A stretch of DNA of 64,000 bases from an uncultured Acidobacteriota bacterium. Lineage in GTDB: Bacteria; Acidobacteriota; Terriglobia; UBA7540. Of the stretch, positions 49,142 through 59,249 are shown piece after piece. The DNA lies in NCBI GenBank assembly GCA_963804995.1, contig CAWDSK010000003.1, positions 672,001 to 736,000 on the forward strand. The letters run 5' to 3'. Within the stretch, counting starts at the first letter, position 1. Each line of letters begins with the position of its first letter. Under the pieces are notes generated by a model, which saw nothing but the letters and a program-made list of their open reading frames with translations, had not been told where the DNA came from and ran no database searches. Made by a program: the position numbers and the translations under genes.

Positions 49142-50494
49142 ATGCCCACACTCGCTGCCACCGACAAGCTGTACGCCGAATCAGTCAATCCGCAATGGGT
49201 ACGGCTGCTCAACGTGCTGCAAATGAATGTGCCGTTCGAGCACTGCGAGGGAGCCGAACTTTGGCGTGCGGAGGGCGGAAGGGTTCTCGATTTTCTTTCC
49301 GGCTACTGCGTGCACAACACCGGCCACAATCACCCGCGCATCATTCAGGCGCTCAAGGATGAGCTGGACCGCCACGGGCCGGTGATGCTGCAAAGCCATG
49401 TTCCGGAGCTGGCGGGTGAACTTGGCGCGCGTTTGTGCGAAAGCGCCGGCGGACGCTTGAAAAAAGCCCATTTCACCAGCTCCGGCAGCGAAGGGGTGGA
49501 AACCGCCATCAAGTTTGCGCGTGCCCATACCGGCCGCAACGGCCTGCTCTTCGCCGAGGGCGCCTTCCACGGGCTCACCTGCGGGGCACTGTCCCTGATG
49601 GGCGACGCCTTCTGGCGCGAGGGCTTTGGGCCGCTCCTTCCCGGAACCCGGCAGGTTCCCTTCGGAGATCTGCAGCAACTTGAAACTGAACTTGCCACAA
49701 AGCGCCATGCGGCATTCATCGTCGAACCGATCCAGGGCGAGGGCGGCATCCGAATTCCTGACCCGGAGTACCTGCTGAAAGCCCAAGCGCTCTGCCGGCG
49801 CCATGGCAGCCTCTTCATCCTGGATGAAGTCCAGACGGGAATGTACCGGACGGGCCGCTTTCTGGCCGCTCAACATTTTGGCCTCGACCCCGACGCCGTC
49901 ATCCTTGCCAAGGCCTTGAGCGGTGGCCTGGTCCCGGTGGGGGCCGTCCTCATCACCGACGATATCTACAACTCGGTTTATAGCTCCCTTAAGCGCGCCA
50001 TCATTCACACCTCAACTTTCTCAGAAAACAGCCTGGCCATGCGCGCCGGGCTCGCGACTCTGGACGTCCTGGAATCAGAGAGGCTGGGTGAACGGGCTGC
50101 GACGCTGGGTAGCTACTTGCGGCAAAGATTGCAGGAGGCTCTCTCCCCATACGAAATGGTCAAGGCCGTGAGGGGTTTGGGGCTCTTCTGCGGGGTAGAG
50201 TTCCAGGCGCCCCGGCAGTTTTCGCTGCGAGTTTCCTTTGAAGCCTTCAAGCAAATTCATCCCGCCATGTTCGGACAAATGGTCGTAATTAGGCTCTTTC
50301 GTGATAAAGGTATTCTCACCCAAATCTGTGGCAACAACTTCCTGGTGCTGAAAGTGGCGCCGCCCCTCATCATTGAAAATGAGCAAATTGATGAATTTGT
50401 TGCTAAACTGGGGGAGGTCGTGGAGTTGTTGCATGCTTCCACCACGTTTTGGTCGGAAGCGCTGGGGCTGGCCCGGCGGGTGGTAAGTATCTGA
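49142..50494 (+). CDS. Class III PLP aminotransferase (HpnO/ornithine AT-like)
   Basis: SGSEGVE, FHG, VEPIQGEGG, DEVQTG.YRTG, LAKALSGG. Confidence 0.9.
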   Translation: MPTLAATDKLYAESVNPQWVRLLNVLQMNVPFEHCEGAELWRAEGGRVLDFLSGYCVHNTGHNHPRIIQALKDELDRHGPVMLQSHVPELAGELGARLCESAGGRLKKAHFTSSGSEGVETAIKFARAHTGRNGLLFAEGAFHGLTCGALSLMGDAFWREGFGPLLPGTRQVPFGDLQQLETELATKRHAAFIVEPIQGEGGIRIPDPEYLLKAQALCRRHGSLFILDEVQTGMYRTGRFLAAQHFGLDPDAVILAKALSGGLVPVGAVLITDDIYNSVYSSLKRAIIHTSTFSENSLAMRAGLATLDVLESERLGERAATLGSYLRQRLQEALSPYEMVKAVRGLGLFCGVEFQAPRQFSLRVSFEAFKQIHPAMFGQMVVIRLFRDKGILTQICGNNFLVLKVAPPLIIENEQIDEFVAKLGEVVELLHASTTFWSEALGLARRVVSI

Positions 50495-50640
50495 AGTATG
50501 CCAGTGTCCTGCCGCCGTTTGTCTTTGCTCCAACTGAATAAAGAAGCGACATTTTGGCGCACCGTACTGACAAACAGCCTGGTAATGCGCAGTTGGGGCA
50601 GTGAGGCGATTCCACTCAATACTTGCGGCTTGCACACCTT

Positions 50641-51472
50641 ATGAGCATCTTGTCAATGCATTTCGTCCTCCTCGCATTGCTCAATGGAGTCCTCAGCCCT
50701 ATCAGTGCCGCGCTTCCATCCTCATCGCCCCTGGAGCTGGGCTATCGGCAGATGTATAACCTGGAGTTCAGCGCCGCCCACAAAACCTTTCAGGAATACT
50801 CACAAGCACACCCCGATGATCCCTTCGGCCCCACGTCGGATGGCGCCGCGTACCTGTTTGCGGAATTTGACCGGCTGGGTGTTTTGCAGACGGAATTATT
50901 TGTGGATAACGAAACTTTCAAAGGCAGGCAGAAGCCCACGCCGGATCCTGCTGCTCGCGACAATTTTAACCGGGCCATCGCCGAGAGTCAGAAGCTGGCC
51001 GACGCGGTCCTTAAGCGTTCCCCCAATGACCACAATGCGCTTTTCGCCACGGTCCTCGAACCTGGGGCTTCAATCTGATTACCTGGCGCTGGTTGAGAAG
51101 CGCGATCTGGCAGCCCTCAGCTACACCAAGCGAGCCGGCCTGACTGCCCAGAAGTTGCTTACCGTTGACCCAACCTGTTACGATGCCTACCTTGCGATCG
51201 GGGTTGAAAACTACATTCTGGGCATAAACCCTGCACCGATCCGTTGGGTGCTGCGGCTTTACGGTGCGGAGACCGATAAGGATTCGGGGATTCAAAAGTT
51301 GCAGTTAACGGCGGAGAAAGGGCATTACCTACTTCCCTTCGCGCGGCTCATGCTGGCCGTGGCAGCCCTGCGCGACAAGAATCGGAACCAGGCCCGAGAC
51401 CTGCTCCAGAACCTGGCGCAAGAGTTTCCCAACAATCAACTGTACAGGAGAGAACTCTCGCGACTCCAGTAA
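50641..51472 (+). CDS. Exported helical/TPR-like hypothetical protein; frameshift near 51055
   Basis: Signal peptide; MYNLEF..A; DP..YDAYL; C-terminal L..EFPNN.LY. Confidence 0.7.
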
Positions 51473-51517
51473 GCGCTTCCCCTCTTCCTGGGCGGAGTCC
51501 CGAGCCAAGCTGCCAAC

Positions 51518-52570
51518 ATGAGAATCTCAAGCGTCGGGAGCGCATTTCCCAAACACTACTACCAGCAGGCCGTTCTCAGCGCGGCACTCAAGAAGTACTG
51601 GGATGGCAGGCTAACCAATCCCGAGGTCGTGGATCGAATGCACGCCCACTCCGGGATTGACGGCCGCTATCTCTCCCTGCCTGTCGATGCCTACTACGAC
51701 ATGTCGACGTGGGGACAGGCCAATGACGCCTGGATCGATTGTGCGATGGAACTGGGGGGAGAGGCCCTTTGCCGCGCCCTGGCCGCGGGAGGCCTCACGC
51801 CCCAGGACCTCAACGCCTTGTTCGTGGTGTCGGTCACCGGCATCGCCAGCCCGTCGCTCGATGCCCGTCTGGTCAACCGAATGGGGCTCTCGCCGCGCAT
51901 CAAGCGTATTCCGATTTTTGGATTGGGGTGCGTGGCGGGCGCAGCGGGAATCGCACGCGCCGCGGATTACGTCCGCGCCTTCCCCCATCATCACGCCGCG
52001 CTGCTCTCCGTGGAACTCTGTTCGCTCACCCTTCAAAAAGAAGATGTCTCCATGGCCAACCTCATCTCCGCAGCCTTGTTTGGAGATGGCGCGGCGGCGG
52101 TCATTGTCTCAGGCGCAGAAAAGCACACGGCAGGTCCGGATATCCTGGATACGCGATCCATCTTTTACCCCGAAACCGAACACATCATGGGCTGGGATAT
52201 TTCAGAGAAAGGTTTTCAGATTGTGCTCTCACCGCGCTTGCCGGAGTTGATTGTCGAACGCCTGGGCCATGACGTGGATGCGTTCCTGGGAGACCACGGT
52301 CTGACGCGCAAAGACATCGGCCGCTGGATTCTCCACACCGGAGGTCCCAAAATTCTGGAAGCCACTGGAACAGCGCTGGCGTTGCCACGTGAAGCTTTAG
52401 ATGCCTCGTGGGAATGCCTGCGTAAAGTTGGCAACCTTTCCTCAGCTTCTGTCCTCTTAGTGCTGGAGGAGATCTTCAACCGGCGACGCCCGGAAGCAGG
52501 CACCTACTCCGTGCTGGCCGCCATGGGCCCGGGTTTCTGTTCTGAGCTGGTTCTCCTCAGGTGGGATTGA
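51518..52570 (+). CDS. Type III polyketide synthase
   Basis: Cys-His-Asn triad: GLGCVAG, HTGGPKI, GNLSS; VELCSL, LFGDG, AMGPGF. Confidence 0.95.
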   Translation: MRISSVGSAFPKHYYQQAVLSAALKKYWDGRLTNPEVVDRMHAHSGIDGRYLSLPVDAYYDMSTWGQANDAWIDCAMELGGEALCRALAAGGLTPQDLNALFVVSVTGIASPSLDARLVNRMGLSPRIKRIPIFGLGCVAGAAGIARAADYVRAFPHHHAALLSVELCSLTLQKEDVSMANLISAALFGDGAAAVIVSGAEKHTAGPDILDTRSIFYPETEHIMGWDISEKGFQIVLSPRLPELIVERLGHDVDAFLGDHGLTRKDIGRWILHTGGPKILEATGTALALPREALDASWECLRKVGNLSSASVLLVLEEIFNRRRPEAGTYSVLAAMGPGFCSELVLLRWD

Positions 52571-53694
52571 AGGGTTCCCAATCATTGAAAACTGATGCTT
52601 TCATTGTGGGTGGCGGACCTGCAGGTCTGGCCGCAGGAATTGCTCTCCGTCAGCAAGGTCTCCACGTCGTAGTCGCGGATTCCGCCCAACCGCCCATTGA
52701 TAAGGCCTGTGGCGAAGGTTTGATGCCCAACTCCGTCGCGGCGCTCAAAGACCTCGGCGTGACACTCGATTCCGGACAAACGATGCCCTTCCGCGGAATC
52801 CGTTTCATCGAAGCGGGAACAACCGTGGAGGGTGCATTCCCCCAAGGGTTGGGAGTGGGTATCCGAAGAACCACCCTGCACGGGGTTCTCGTCGAGAGAG
52901 CCGCAGCGGCAGGGGTGGAATTTCTCTGGCGGGCGCGGGTGACCGGGATTGGTCGCGGAGAAGTCCTGCTGGGCTCGCGCCGGATCCAGTGCCGCTGGAT
53001 TATCGGCGCAGATGGGCAGACTTCTCGAGTGCGCAATTGGGTGGGTCTTGACTACGGGCGCGCGCGGCATATCCGCCACGGATTCCGGCAACATTTCCTC
53101 GTCGCCCCCTGGAGTGACTTTGTCGAAGTTCATTGGGGCAAGAACTGCCAGATCGTGGTCACTCCTGTAAGGCCCACGGAGGTCTGTTTTGTAGTGACCT
53201 CCAGGTCATCGCAACTTAGGTTGCATGAGGCCTTGAAGCAATTTCCGGAAATTGCCCAAAGGGTGGAGGGCATGCCCACACTCACCAAAGACCTGGGCGC
53301 AATTTCGGCCTTGCGGGTTGTCCGCACCGTTTGCCGAGAGTCTTTCGCTTTGATTGGTGACGCTTCGGGATCCGTCGATTCTCTTACCGGTGAGGGTCTG
53401 GGATTGGCATTCCAACAGGCTGGCGCTTTGGCGAAGGCAATCGCGAACGACGACCTCGCTTCGTACCAATCCGCGCACCGGCGCATCAATCGCGGACCGG
53501 TGATGATGTCGCGTGTGCTGCTTGCTCTAGCGGGAAACTCCTGGTTGCGGCATCGAGCTTTCCGGGCGCTGGCACGAGAGCCACAGTTGTTCACGAGACT
53601 CCTGGCGGCCCACGTCGGTGCTTTTTCACCCCTGGATTTTGGCCTCGGCAATTTCTTGAAACTCGGAGGACGGCTCCTGACCAGTCCAAGCTGA
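52561..53694 (+). CDS. FAD-dependent oxidoreductase/monooxygenase
   Basis: GGGPAG, DKACGEG, GADG, LIGDASG..D.LTGEG. Confidence 0.9.
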   Translation: MGLKGSQSLKTDAFIVGGGPAGLAAGIALRQQGLHVVVADSAQPPIDKACGEGLMPNSVAALKDLGVTLDSGQTMPFRGIRFIEAGTTVEGAFPQGLGVGIRRTTLHGVLVERAAAAGVEFLWRARVTGIGRGEVLLGSRRIQCRWIIGADGQTSRVRNWVGLDYGRARHIRHGFRQHFLVAPWSDFVEVHWGKNCQIVVTPVRPTEVCFVVTSRSSQLRLHEALKQFPEIAQRVEGMPTLTKDLGAISALRVVRTVCRESFALIGDASGSVDSLTGEGLGLAFQQAGALAKAIANDDLASYQSAHRRINRGPVMMSRVLLALAGNSWLRHRAFRALAREPQLFTRLLAAHVGAFSPLDFGLGNFLKLGGRLLTSPS

Positions 53695-53704
53695 AGTCCG
53701 CAAC

Positions 53705-54325
53705 ATGCGAACCCATCCCCCTATGAACTTGCGCAAATTCCCGACACGAATTCTTTTCGCGCCTGTCGTTCTGGCCCTGGCGCTATCTGCGGCGCCAGCA
53801 ATCGCTCAAGAAGCTGTGCTGGAACTCGATCCGGCTCAGACCCAGATCGGATTCACGTTGGGAGATGTGCTGCACACCGTGCACGGCGGTTTCAAGCTGA
53901 AGCGCGGCACTGTGAAATTCAACACAGCAACGGGCCAAGCCAGCGGCCTGGTGGTGGTTGATGTTGCCAGTGGCGACAGCGGCAGCCACGCGCGCGATCA
54001 CAAGATGCACAAAGAGGTGCTGGAGAGCGAGCAGTATCCGGAAAGCACTTTCACGCCACAACAAATCAAGGGCACACTGTCGCCGCAAGGAGACTCGCAA
54101 GTTCAGGTGTCGGGGATTTTCAATCTCCACGGCGCGGAGCATCCGCTCACTCTGGTGATGCAGGTTCATCTTGCCGGAGATCAGTTGACCGCTGACACGA
54201 GCTTCACAATCCCATACGTGAGTTGGGGGCTCAAAAATCCCAGCACGCTATTCCTGCGGGTCAGCAATACTGTTGACATTACGATTCACGCGGCCGGCCG
54301 GGTTCGAGTTTCCCCCACACCGTAG
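53705..54325 (+). CDS. YceI family lipid/isoprenoid-binding protein
   Basis: Signal peptide; LDPAQT.I.F, RD..MH..VLE..QYP, FNLHG. Confidence 0.85.
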   Translation: MRTHPPMNLRKFPTRILFAPVVLALALSAAPAIAQEAVLELDPAQTQIGFTLGDVLHTVHGGFKLKRGTVKFNTATGQASGLVVVDVASGDSGSHARDHKMHKEVLESEQYPESTFTPQQIKGTLSPQGDSQVQVSGIFNLHGAEHPLTLVMQVHLAGDQLTADTSFTIPYVSWGLKNPSTLFLRVSNTVDITIHAAGRVRVSPTP

Positions 54326-54409
54326 GTCACCCACACATTTGCCAAACTGGCCCTCCATTGCAATAGCGCAAATTCTTGTCTTATGCGCAAGAATTTTTCG
54401 GGGGGCTTC

Positions 54410-54580
54410 AAACGCATGAAGGTGGGGAATTAAGTGGGACCTCGCTCGCTATGCCCCGCGGAGAGCAACTTCTGGGACATGTCCCACCATGACAAAAAGT
54501 CGCTGACCTTCATGAAGAAGATGGGAGAGCACGCGATGCCGGGCCCGACCTCCACGCGCCTCGCTTGACCCGACTTCCAC
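54410..54580 (+). repeat. Dispersed ~170-bp non-coding element, copy 2
   Basis: Aligns to reverse complement of 16615-16781. Confidence 0.7.
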
Positions 54581-54733
54581 ACCCTGCGCCGAGCCGGACC
54601 GGCAGATTTCTCGCCTGCGACTCTCACGCCGACTTTAATCTCCCTTCCATCCTGCGGCGCGGGCTAGTAAGATTCATACACCGCCGCTGAGGGTGAGGCA
54701 GCGAATTTCGAGGAGGGCAATACTTCGAAACCC

Positions 54734-55036
54734 ATGCCGAAAGCTGCTCGCATTATTCTGGGAACGGCCATCGTGGGCCTGGTACTTTACGCGGCCCAAC
54801 TGGCCACGCGCGATTGCACCGTGGGCCTTTACGTTTACGACAACTGTATGTGGGTTCAAGTTCGCACTTACCTGGGCCTGCCCGCCAGCCGATTCCTGCG
54901 CATGGCGGTTTTGGAATCCGTGGGCATCGCACTTGCCTTAATCCTCTATCTAACCTGCCGATACGTTTTCGTTTTTCAGTGGGCGAAGCCGCAGGATTCA
55001 ACGCAGGCTGGCGCGCCTGAACATCCGGCAAATTAG
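54734..55036 (+). CDS. Small two-TM hypothetical protein
   Basis: GGAGG upstream; two hydrophobic helices with a Cys pair in the loop. Confidence 0.6.
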   Translation: MPKAARIILGTAIVGLVLYAAQLATRDCTVGLYVYDNCMWVQVRTYLGLPASRFLRMAVLESVGIALALILYLTCRYVFVFQWAKPQDSTQAGAPEHPAN

Positions 55037-55089
55037 CGCTTGTGGCTAACGGCAGGCCCAGCTAACCCGTAGAATCTTCAAGCGCCCAA

Positions 55090-55165
55090 GTGACCCCTCA
55101 CCCGTCCCGCCCCGGCTGATGAAAACGCCGGCTGCGGTCCACCCTCTCCCCTCGGAGAGGGCTAT
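55090..55165. repeat. REP-like family A copy
   Basis: GTGACCCCTCACCCGTCCCGCCCCGGCTGATGAAAACGCCGG..GCGGTCCACCCTCTCCCC. Confidence 0.85.
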
Positions 55166-55363
55166 GCCTCGAAAATTACAGCCTTCTCTCAGGGTCGCAG
55201 ATCAGCCGTGGCGGAAGATGGTGGCCGACAAAGGAGTCCGGAGGAATTTACATCTTAAGGATTCAAAAATGATAAGCCCCACCCTTCCAAACGCCCACAG
55301 ATCCCGACTGCTTGGCCATTCCTAGGCGTCGGAAGCCTTCCCATCCCTTTTTCCTGGAGTAGA

Positions 55364-56062
55364 ATGGAAAGTGGGAGGGTCATGGTTACCTCAGTCGAAG
55401 CGATTCAATCCCCCGGCAAGCTATACACACCCGCCCGCATCCTCACGGCACTCGAAGTCGCGCTGCTTTACGCCGGCATTATGGGATACATCTGGCGCTG
55501 GCAGTATACGCACCCCCACGCGTGGATGGCGCTCTACGCCGTCATCCTGGCGAGCCACGTTTTGCATCGCGACACCCTCGTCGGGCTCGGCCTGTCTTGG
55601 AAAGAACTGCTCCCCAGCGCTCGCCTGGCGCTGCCCCTCGCCATCGCCCTTTGCCTGCTCATGCTTTTCTACGGATTTGCGCGCCACAGCCTGGTGCTGA
55701 TTCCACCCACCGCACAATCCCTCATCCCCTTGCTGGGATATGGCGGCTGGTGCTTGTTTCAGCAGTATCTGACGCAGTCCTACTTCCATAATCGGCTAAT
55801 GCTCATCATCCGTAACCGCCATCTTAGTTCCGCTCTCATCGGAATCATGTTTGGGGCCACGCACATCCCCAATCCCATCCTGATGATCGTTACCCTGATC
55901 GTGGGATTCATCTTCGCGGAGATCTTCGCCCGCCACCGGAATATCTGGCCGCTGGCGCTCGCGCAAGCCGTGGGCGGACTCCTGCTCGCTGCCGTCGCCC
56001 CGGATGCGCTGGTCCACCACATGCGCGTGGGGCCGGGGTATCTTTTTTACGGAGTCAGGTAA
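55364..56062 (+). CDS. CPBP (Abi/CAAX)-like intramembrane protein
   Basis: Multi-TM; QQ in place of EE, FGATH motif. Confidence 0.65.
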   Translation: MESGRVMVTSVEAIQSPGKLYTPARILTALEVALLYAGIMGYIWRWQYTHPHAWMALYAVILASHVLHRDTLVGLGLSWKELLPSARLALPLAIALCLLMLFYGFARHSLVLIPPTAQSLIPLLGYGGWCLFQQYLTQSYFHNRLMLIIRNRHLSSALIGIMFGATHIPNPILMIVTLIVGFIFAEIFARHRNIWPLALAQAVGGLLLAAVAPDALVHHMRVGPGYLFYGVR

Positions 56063-56068
56063 GAGAAA

Positions 56069-56945
56069 GCGGAAGGCAGCGAGCGCTTGGTGCGAGTCCC
56101 GACAGAGTCGGGAAAGGCGGAAGGCAGCGAGCGCTTTGGGCGAGTCCCGACAGAGTCGGGATTGGCAGTAAATTGAACAGCTCAGTGAAATCGCAAGAGC
56201 AAGTCAAAAGGCAAAGTGCAAAAGGCAAAATGCAAAAGTGAGAAGCCTCAACCTGGCGTAGCAGGTAACGCGGACCAGGTAGCGCAGACTCTGTGCCTTT
56301 CAGAGTCTGCGGTTCTTAATATGATAAACATGCACTGTCTTATTGACCTGTGGCTTTAGCACTTCACGGACTAATCCGGCTTTTCTGAGGCCGTAAGCAG
56401 GTAACGCGGACCAGGTAGCGCAGACTCTGTGCCTATCAGAGTCTGCGGTTCTTAATATGATAAACATGCACTGTCTTATTGACCTGTGGCTTTAGCACTT
56501 CACGGACTAATCCGGCTTTTCTGAGGTCGTAAGCGGTGATCGGCGGTCGCACCCTATAGACGAAGAGCCGCAGACTCTCGGAGAGCACGAGACTCTGCTA
56601 TGCAATACCGTAATTTCTTTTTTTTAGCAAGAATATTGTGCCACTTCCCGAAAGTGACCCCTCACCCGTCCCGCCCCGGCTGATGAAAACGCCGGCGGCG
56701 GTCCACCCTCTCCCCTGCGGAGAGGGCTATGATTCTCTTTTGGTTGCGGCATCGCCGCGCTGCGCTACTCACTTTTGCATTTTGCCTTTTGCACTTTGCC
56801 TTTTGACTTGCTCTTGCAGTTCTGTGCACTACCTCCCGCCTATCCCGACTCTGTCGGGACTCGCACAAAGCGCTCGCTGCCTATCCCGACTCTGTCGGGA
56901 CTCGCACAAAGCGCTCGCTGCCTACTGCTTACTGCCTACTGCTCC
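56069..56945. repeat. Nested inverted-repeat complex with internal 136-bp tandem duplication
   Basis: Outer arms (GTCCCGACAGAGTCGGGA units) 56069-56168 / 56840-56922; arms 56193-56242 / 56768-56817; tandem repeat 56260-56534. Confidence 0.85.
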
Positions 56946-58044
56946 GCCGCATTCTCGGCAGGAAGGGTAAGTCAGCGATCTGGCCTTCAAACTTTTCCGC
57001 CCAGCGGCCGGGGATGGCTGTTCCACACTCGGGGCATGACCCTTTGGGCGTCAAGTAATAACCCAGGATGTGATACCCGTAACGCTCAATCAGCAATGTG
57101 TGGCACTGGGGGCAATGGGTGTTTTCAAGATCACCCACCTGCCCTGGCAGATTCCCCGCATAAATGAACCGCAGCCCGGCCGCTTTGCCGAGCGCCGCGG
57201 CCCGCGCCAGGTCTCGCGGCTGCGTATTTGCCGGGTCCGTCATCTTATAGTCTTTATGAAACGCTGAGACGTGCCAGGGGATGTCTGGCGATACGCTGGC
57301 CACAAATTCCGTGAGCCGCTGGAGCTCATCTTCGGAATCGTTAACGCCGGGAATGAGCAGCGTAACGATTTCCACCCACAGCCCCATTTCGTAAAGGGTC
57401 CGAATCGTATCGAGGATTGGCCCCAGACGCCCACCCAGTTGCCGATACTGGCGATCGTCAAAACTCTTCAGGTCGACTTTGTAGAGATCGACCCACGGCC
57501 GCAGGTATTCGAGCACCTGGGGCGTGCCATTGCCATTTGAAACGAAGCCCGTCATGAGTCCCGCCGCCTTTGCTTCCTTGAAAACGGCGACCGCCCATTC
57601 ACTGGTAATCAGGGGCTCGTTGTAAGTACTGACCACCACCTTGGCGCCTTGCTGCACAGCGTCTCGAACCACTTCCTTCGGTGTCAGGGCCATGGGACGC
57701 GATACGGCGCGCGGGTCGCGAATGGCTTGCGACGTCACCCAGTTCTGACAATATGAGCAATGCAGGTCGCAGCCCAGCATTCCGAAGCTATAGGCGAGCG
57801 CGCCGGGGTAGGCGTGATGGAAGGGTTTCTTCTCAATCGGATCGCATTGCACGCCCGCGGCGTAACCCCAGGGGACCTGCAATTTTCCGCCCTCATTGAA
57901 GCGGACTTTGCACACGCCCACTTGCCCTTCCGGAATGCGGCAGCAGTGACCGCATGCGAAGCAGCGCACAAATCCGCGATCGAGTTTTTCGTAAAGCTCG
58001 CCTTCGCGTACGTTGGCGTTCAGGATGTCCTGGAGTGTGGCCAT
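56929..58044 (-). CDS. amrS: AmmeMemoRadiSam system radical SAM enzyme
   Basis: C..C.HCC...G.C.VR, DPIEKKP, GCDLHCSYCQNW, TYNEP, C-terminal CxxC pairs. Confidence 0.9.
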   Translation of the reverse strand: MATLQDILNANVREGELYEKLDRGFVRCFACGHCCRIPEGQVGVCKVRFNEGGKLQVPWGYAAGVQCDPIEKKPFHHAYPGALAYSFGMLGCDLHCSYCQNWVTSQAIRDPRAVSRPMALTPKEVVRDAVQQGAKVVVSTYNEPLITSEWAVAVFKEAKAAGLMTGFVSNGNGTPQVLEYLRPWVDLYKVDLKSFDDRQYRQLGGRLGPILDTIRTLYEMGLWVEIVTLLIPGVNDSEDELQRLTEFVASVSPDIPWHVSAFHKDYKMTDPANTQPRDLARAAALGKAAGLRFIYAGNLPGQVGDLENTHCPQCHTLLIERYGYHILGYYLTPKGSCPECGTAIPGRWAEKFEGQIADLPFLPRMRRSSRQ

Positions 58045-58220
58045 GCGCGGAACCTCAGTCAGGCGGCGCCCCGTTGCGGAACGACCGCCCACAACCTATT
58101 ATACTCCCCGCGCCCCGGTGCGTCGGATGATGCGGCGAGGGCGCCAGCGTATTTGTCTATACCCTGGATTCCGGATTGCTTGGCAAACATTTCAGTGTGT
58201 CCTCCGCGTGCCGGAGGCAC

Positions 58221-58320
58221 CTTGGAGTGCGGTCGCAGCAGCTACCGCTTTCCGGCTTCGGTTCATACGGCAAATGAGGCGGAGGTAGAAGGGCGGTAGC
58301 TGCTGCGACCGCACTCCAAG
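58221..58320. repeat. REPIN-like palindrome
   Basis: CTTGGAGTGCGGTCGCAGCAGCTACCGC / GCGGTAGCTGCTGCGACCGCACTCCAAG (28-bp perfect arms). Confidence 0.85.
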
Positions 58321-58384
58321 GCGCTGCGCGCATTTTCATTGCCAGTGGTGCGCGGCAGGCGCATGGGGGTCTGTGCGGAAAGCG

Positions 58385-58691
58385 TCAGTGGAGGTTGAGA
58401 GCAAACTTTATGGCCTGTGCTACCAGCTTCATCTTTTCCGGCGAAAGCGTCGTCAGGCTTCGGTCCAAGCGCTTCTTGGAGATTGTGAAGATATCATCCA
58501 CGTTGACCACGCAATCGGTGGGCAGGCCGTCTTCCGGTCCTAGCGGGACCTCGACTGGAATGTTGTAAACCGTCCGGGTAATAGGAGCAACGGTGACCGA
58601 GGAACGGACAGAGTAGGCCGCGTTGCGACTCAGAAGCAAAACCGGACGGAGGTTTGGGAACGTCCGCCCACCAAACCTCGCCGCGTCTCAT
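58385..58691 (-). pseudogene. mazF: PemK/MazF toxin, frameshifted near 58650
   Basis: MRRGEVWWADVPKP then RPVLLLSRN..VTVAPIT in another frame. Confidence 0.75.
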
Positions 58692-58936
58692 TACCAGTTT
58701 TCCTCCGGCAGGACTTCCGCAGCAAGCTTGGCGCCTACCTCGCCCCAAACAAGTTTCTCCGGCTTCCGTTGATAGCCTTCGACGTAGCGCCGGTCAAGTT
58801 CTCTTTCTTCGAGTCTCTGGAGATATTGCTGACACGCTGTCCTGATCAACGCGGCCGGCGTTGAGCGTGATATCCGGGCAAGGCGGTTGACCGCCCGTAG
58901 CAGGTTTTCGTCCATGGGCACTTGAATGACTTTCAT
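58691..58936 (-). CDS. Ribbon-helix-helix (CopG-like) antitoxin
   Basis: MKVIQVPMDENLL..V..LAR....ALIR.A; TAATG coupling to the toxin. Confidence 0.8.
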   Translation of the reverse strand: MKVIQVPMDENLLRAVNRLARISRSTPAALIRTACQQYLQRLEERELDRRYVEGYQRKPEKLVWGEVGAKLAAEVLPEENW

Positions 58937-59013
58937 GTGTCACCCTATCCTCATCGGTCTACACAATTCAATGTGGATGAGTGTCGCGATGTTGTCAACA
59001 CTCCAGCGCGTCC

Positions 59014-59196
59014 GGTAACCGCCCCGGCGCCTTCGGCGCCACCCCTCCCTTCGACAGGCTCAGGGCAGGCTCTAAATCAGGAGGGGAGTTCCGCTTTAAA
59101 GCTCCCCTCCTCAGATGAGGAGGGGTGGCGCGCCGAGCCCCGATAGCGCGTTCTTTCCAAATTGATGATCGGGGCTGAGCGCCGGGGTGGTGCTGA
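59014..59196. repeat. Composite palindromic repeat (family C) with extra hairpin
   Basis: Matches 48578-48715 plus inserted AGCCCCGAT...ATCGGGGCT. Confidence 0.8.
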
Positions 59197-59249
59197 AATG
59201 GGGATAAGGGGTGGTTCTGAGCTAGGAACTACGTGGTGAGCAGTCCCCG

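Noticed and set aside
50553..50572. Ninth regulon box upstream of the PKS cluster (..GTACTGACA)
   Set aside because: Left half-site does not match and there is no -10 at 21-22 bp
56260..56534. Direct repeats as a CRISPR array
   Set aside because: Only two units, the intervening sequence is duplicated too (no unique spacers), and no cas genes
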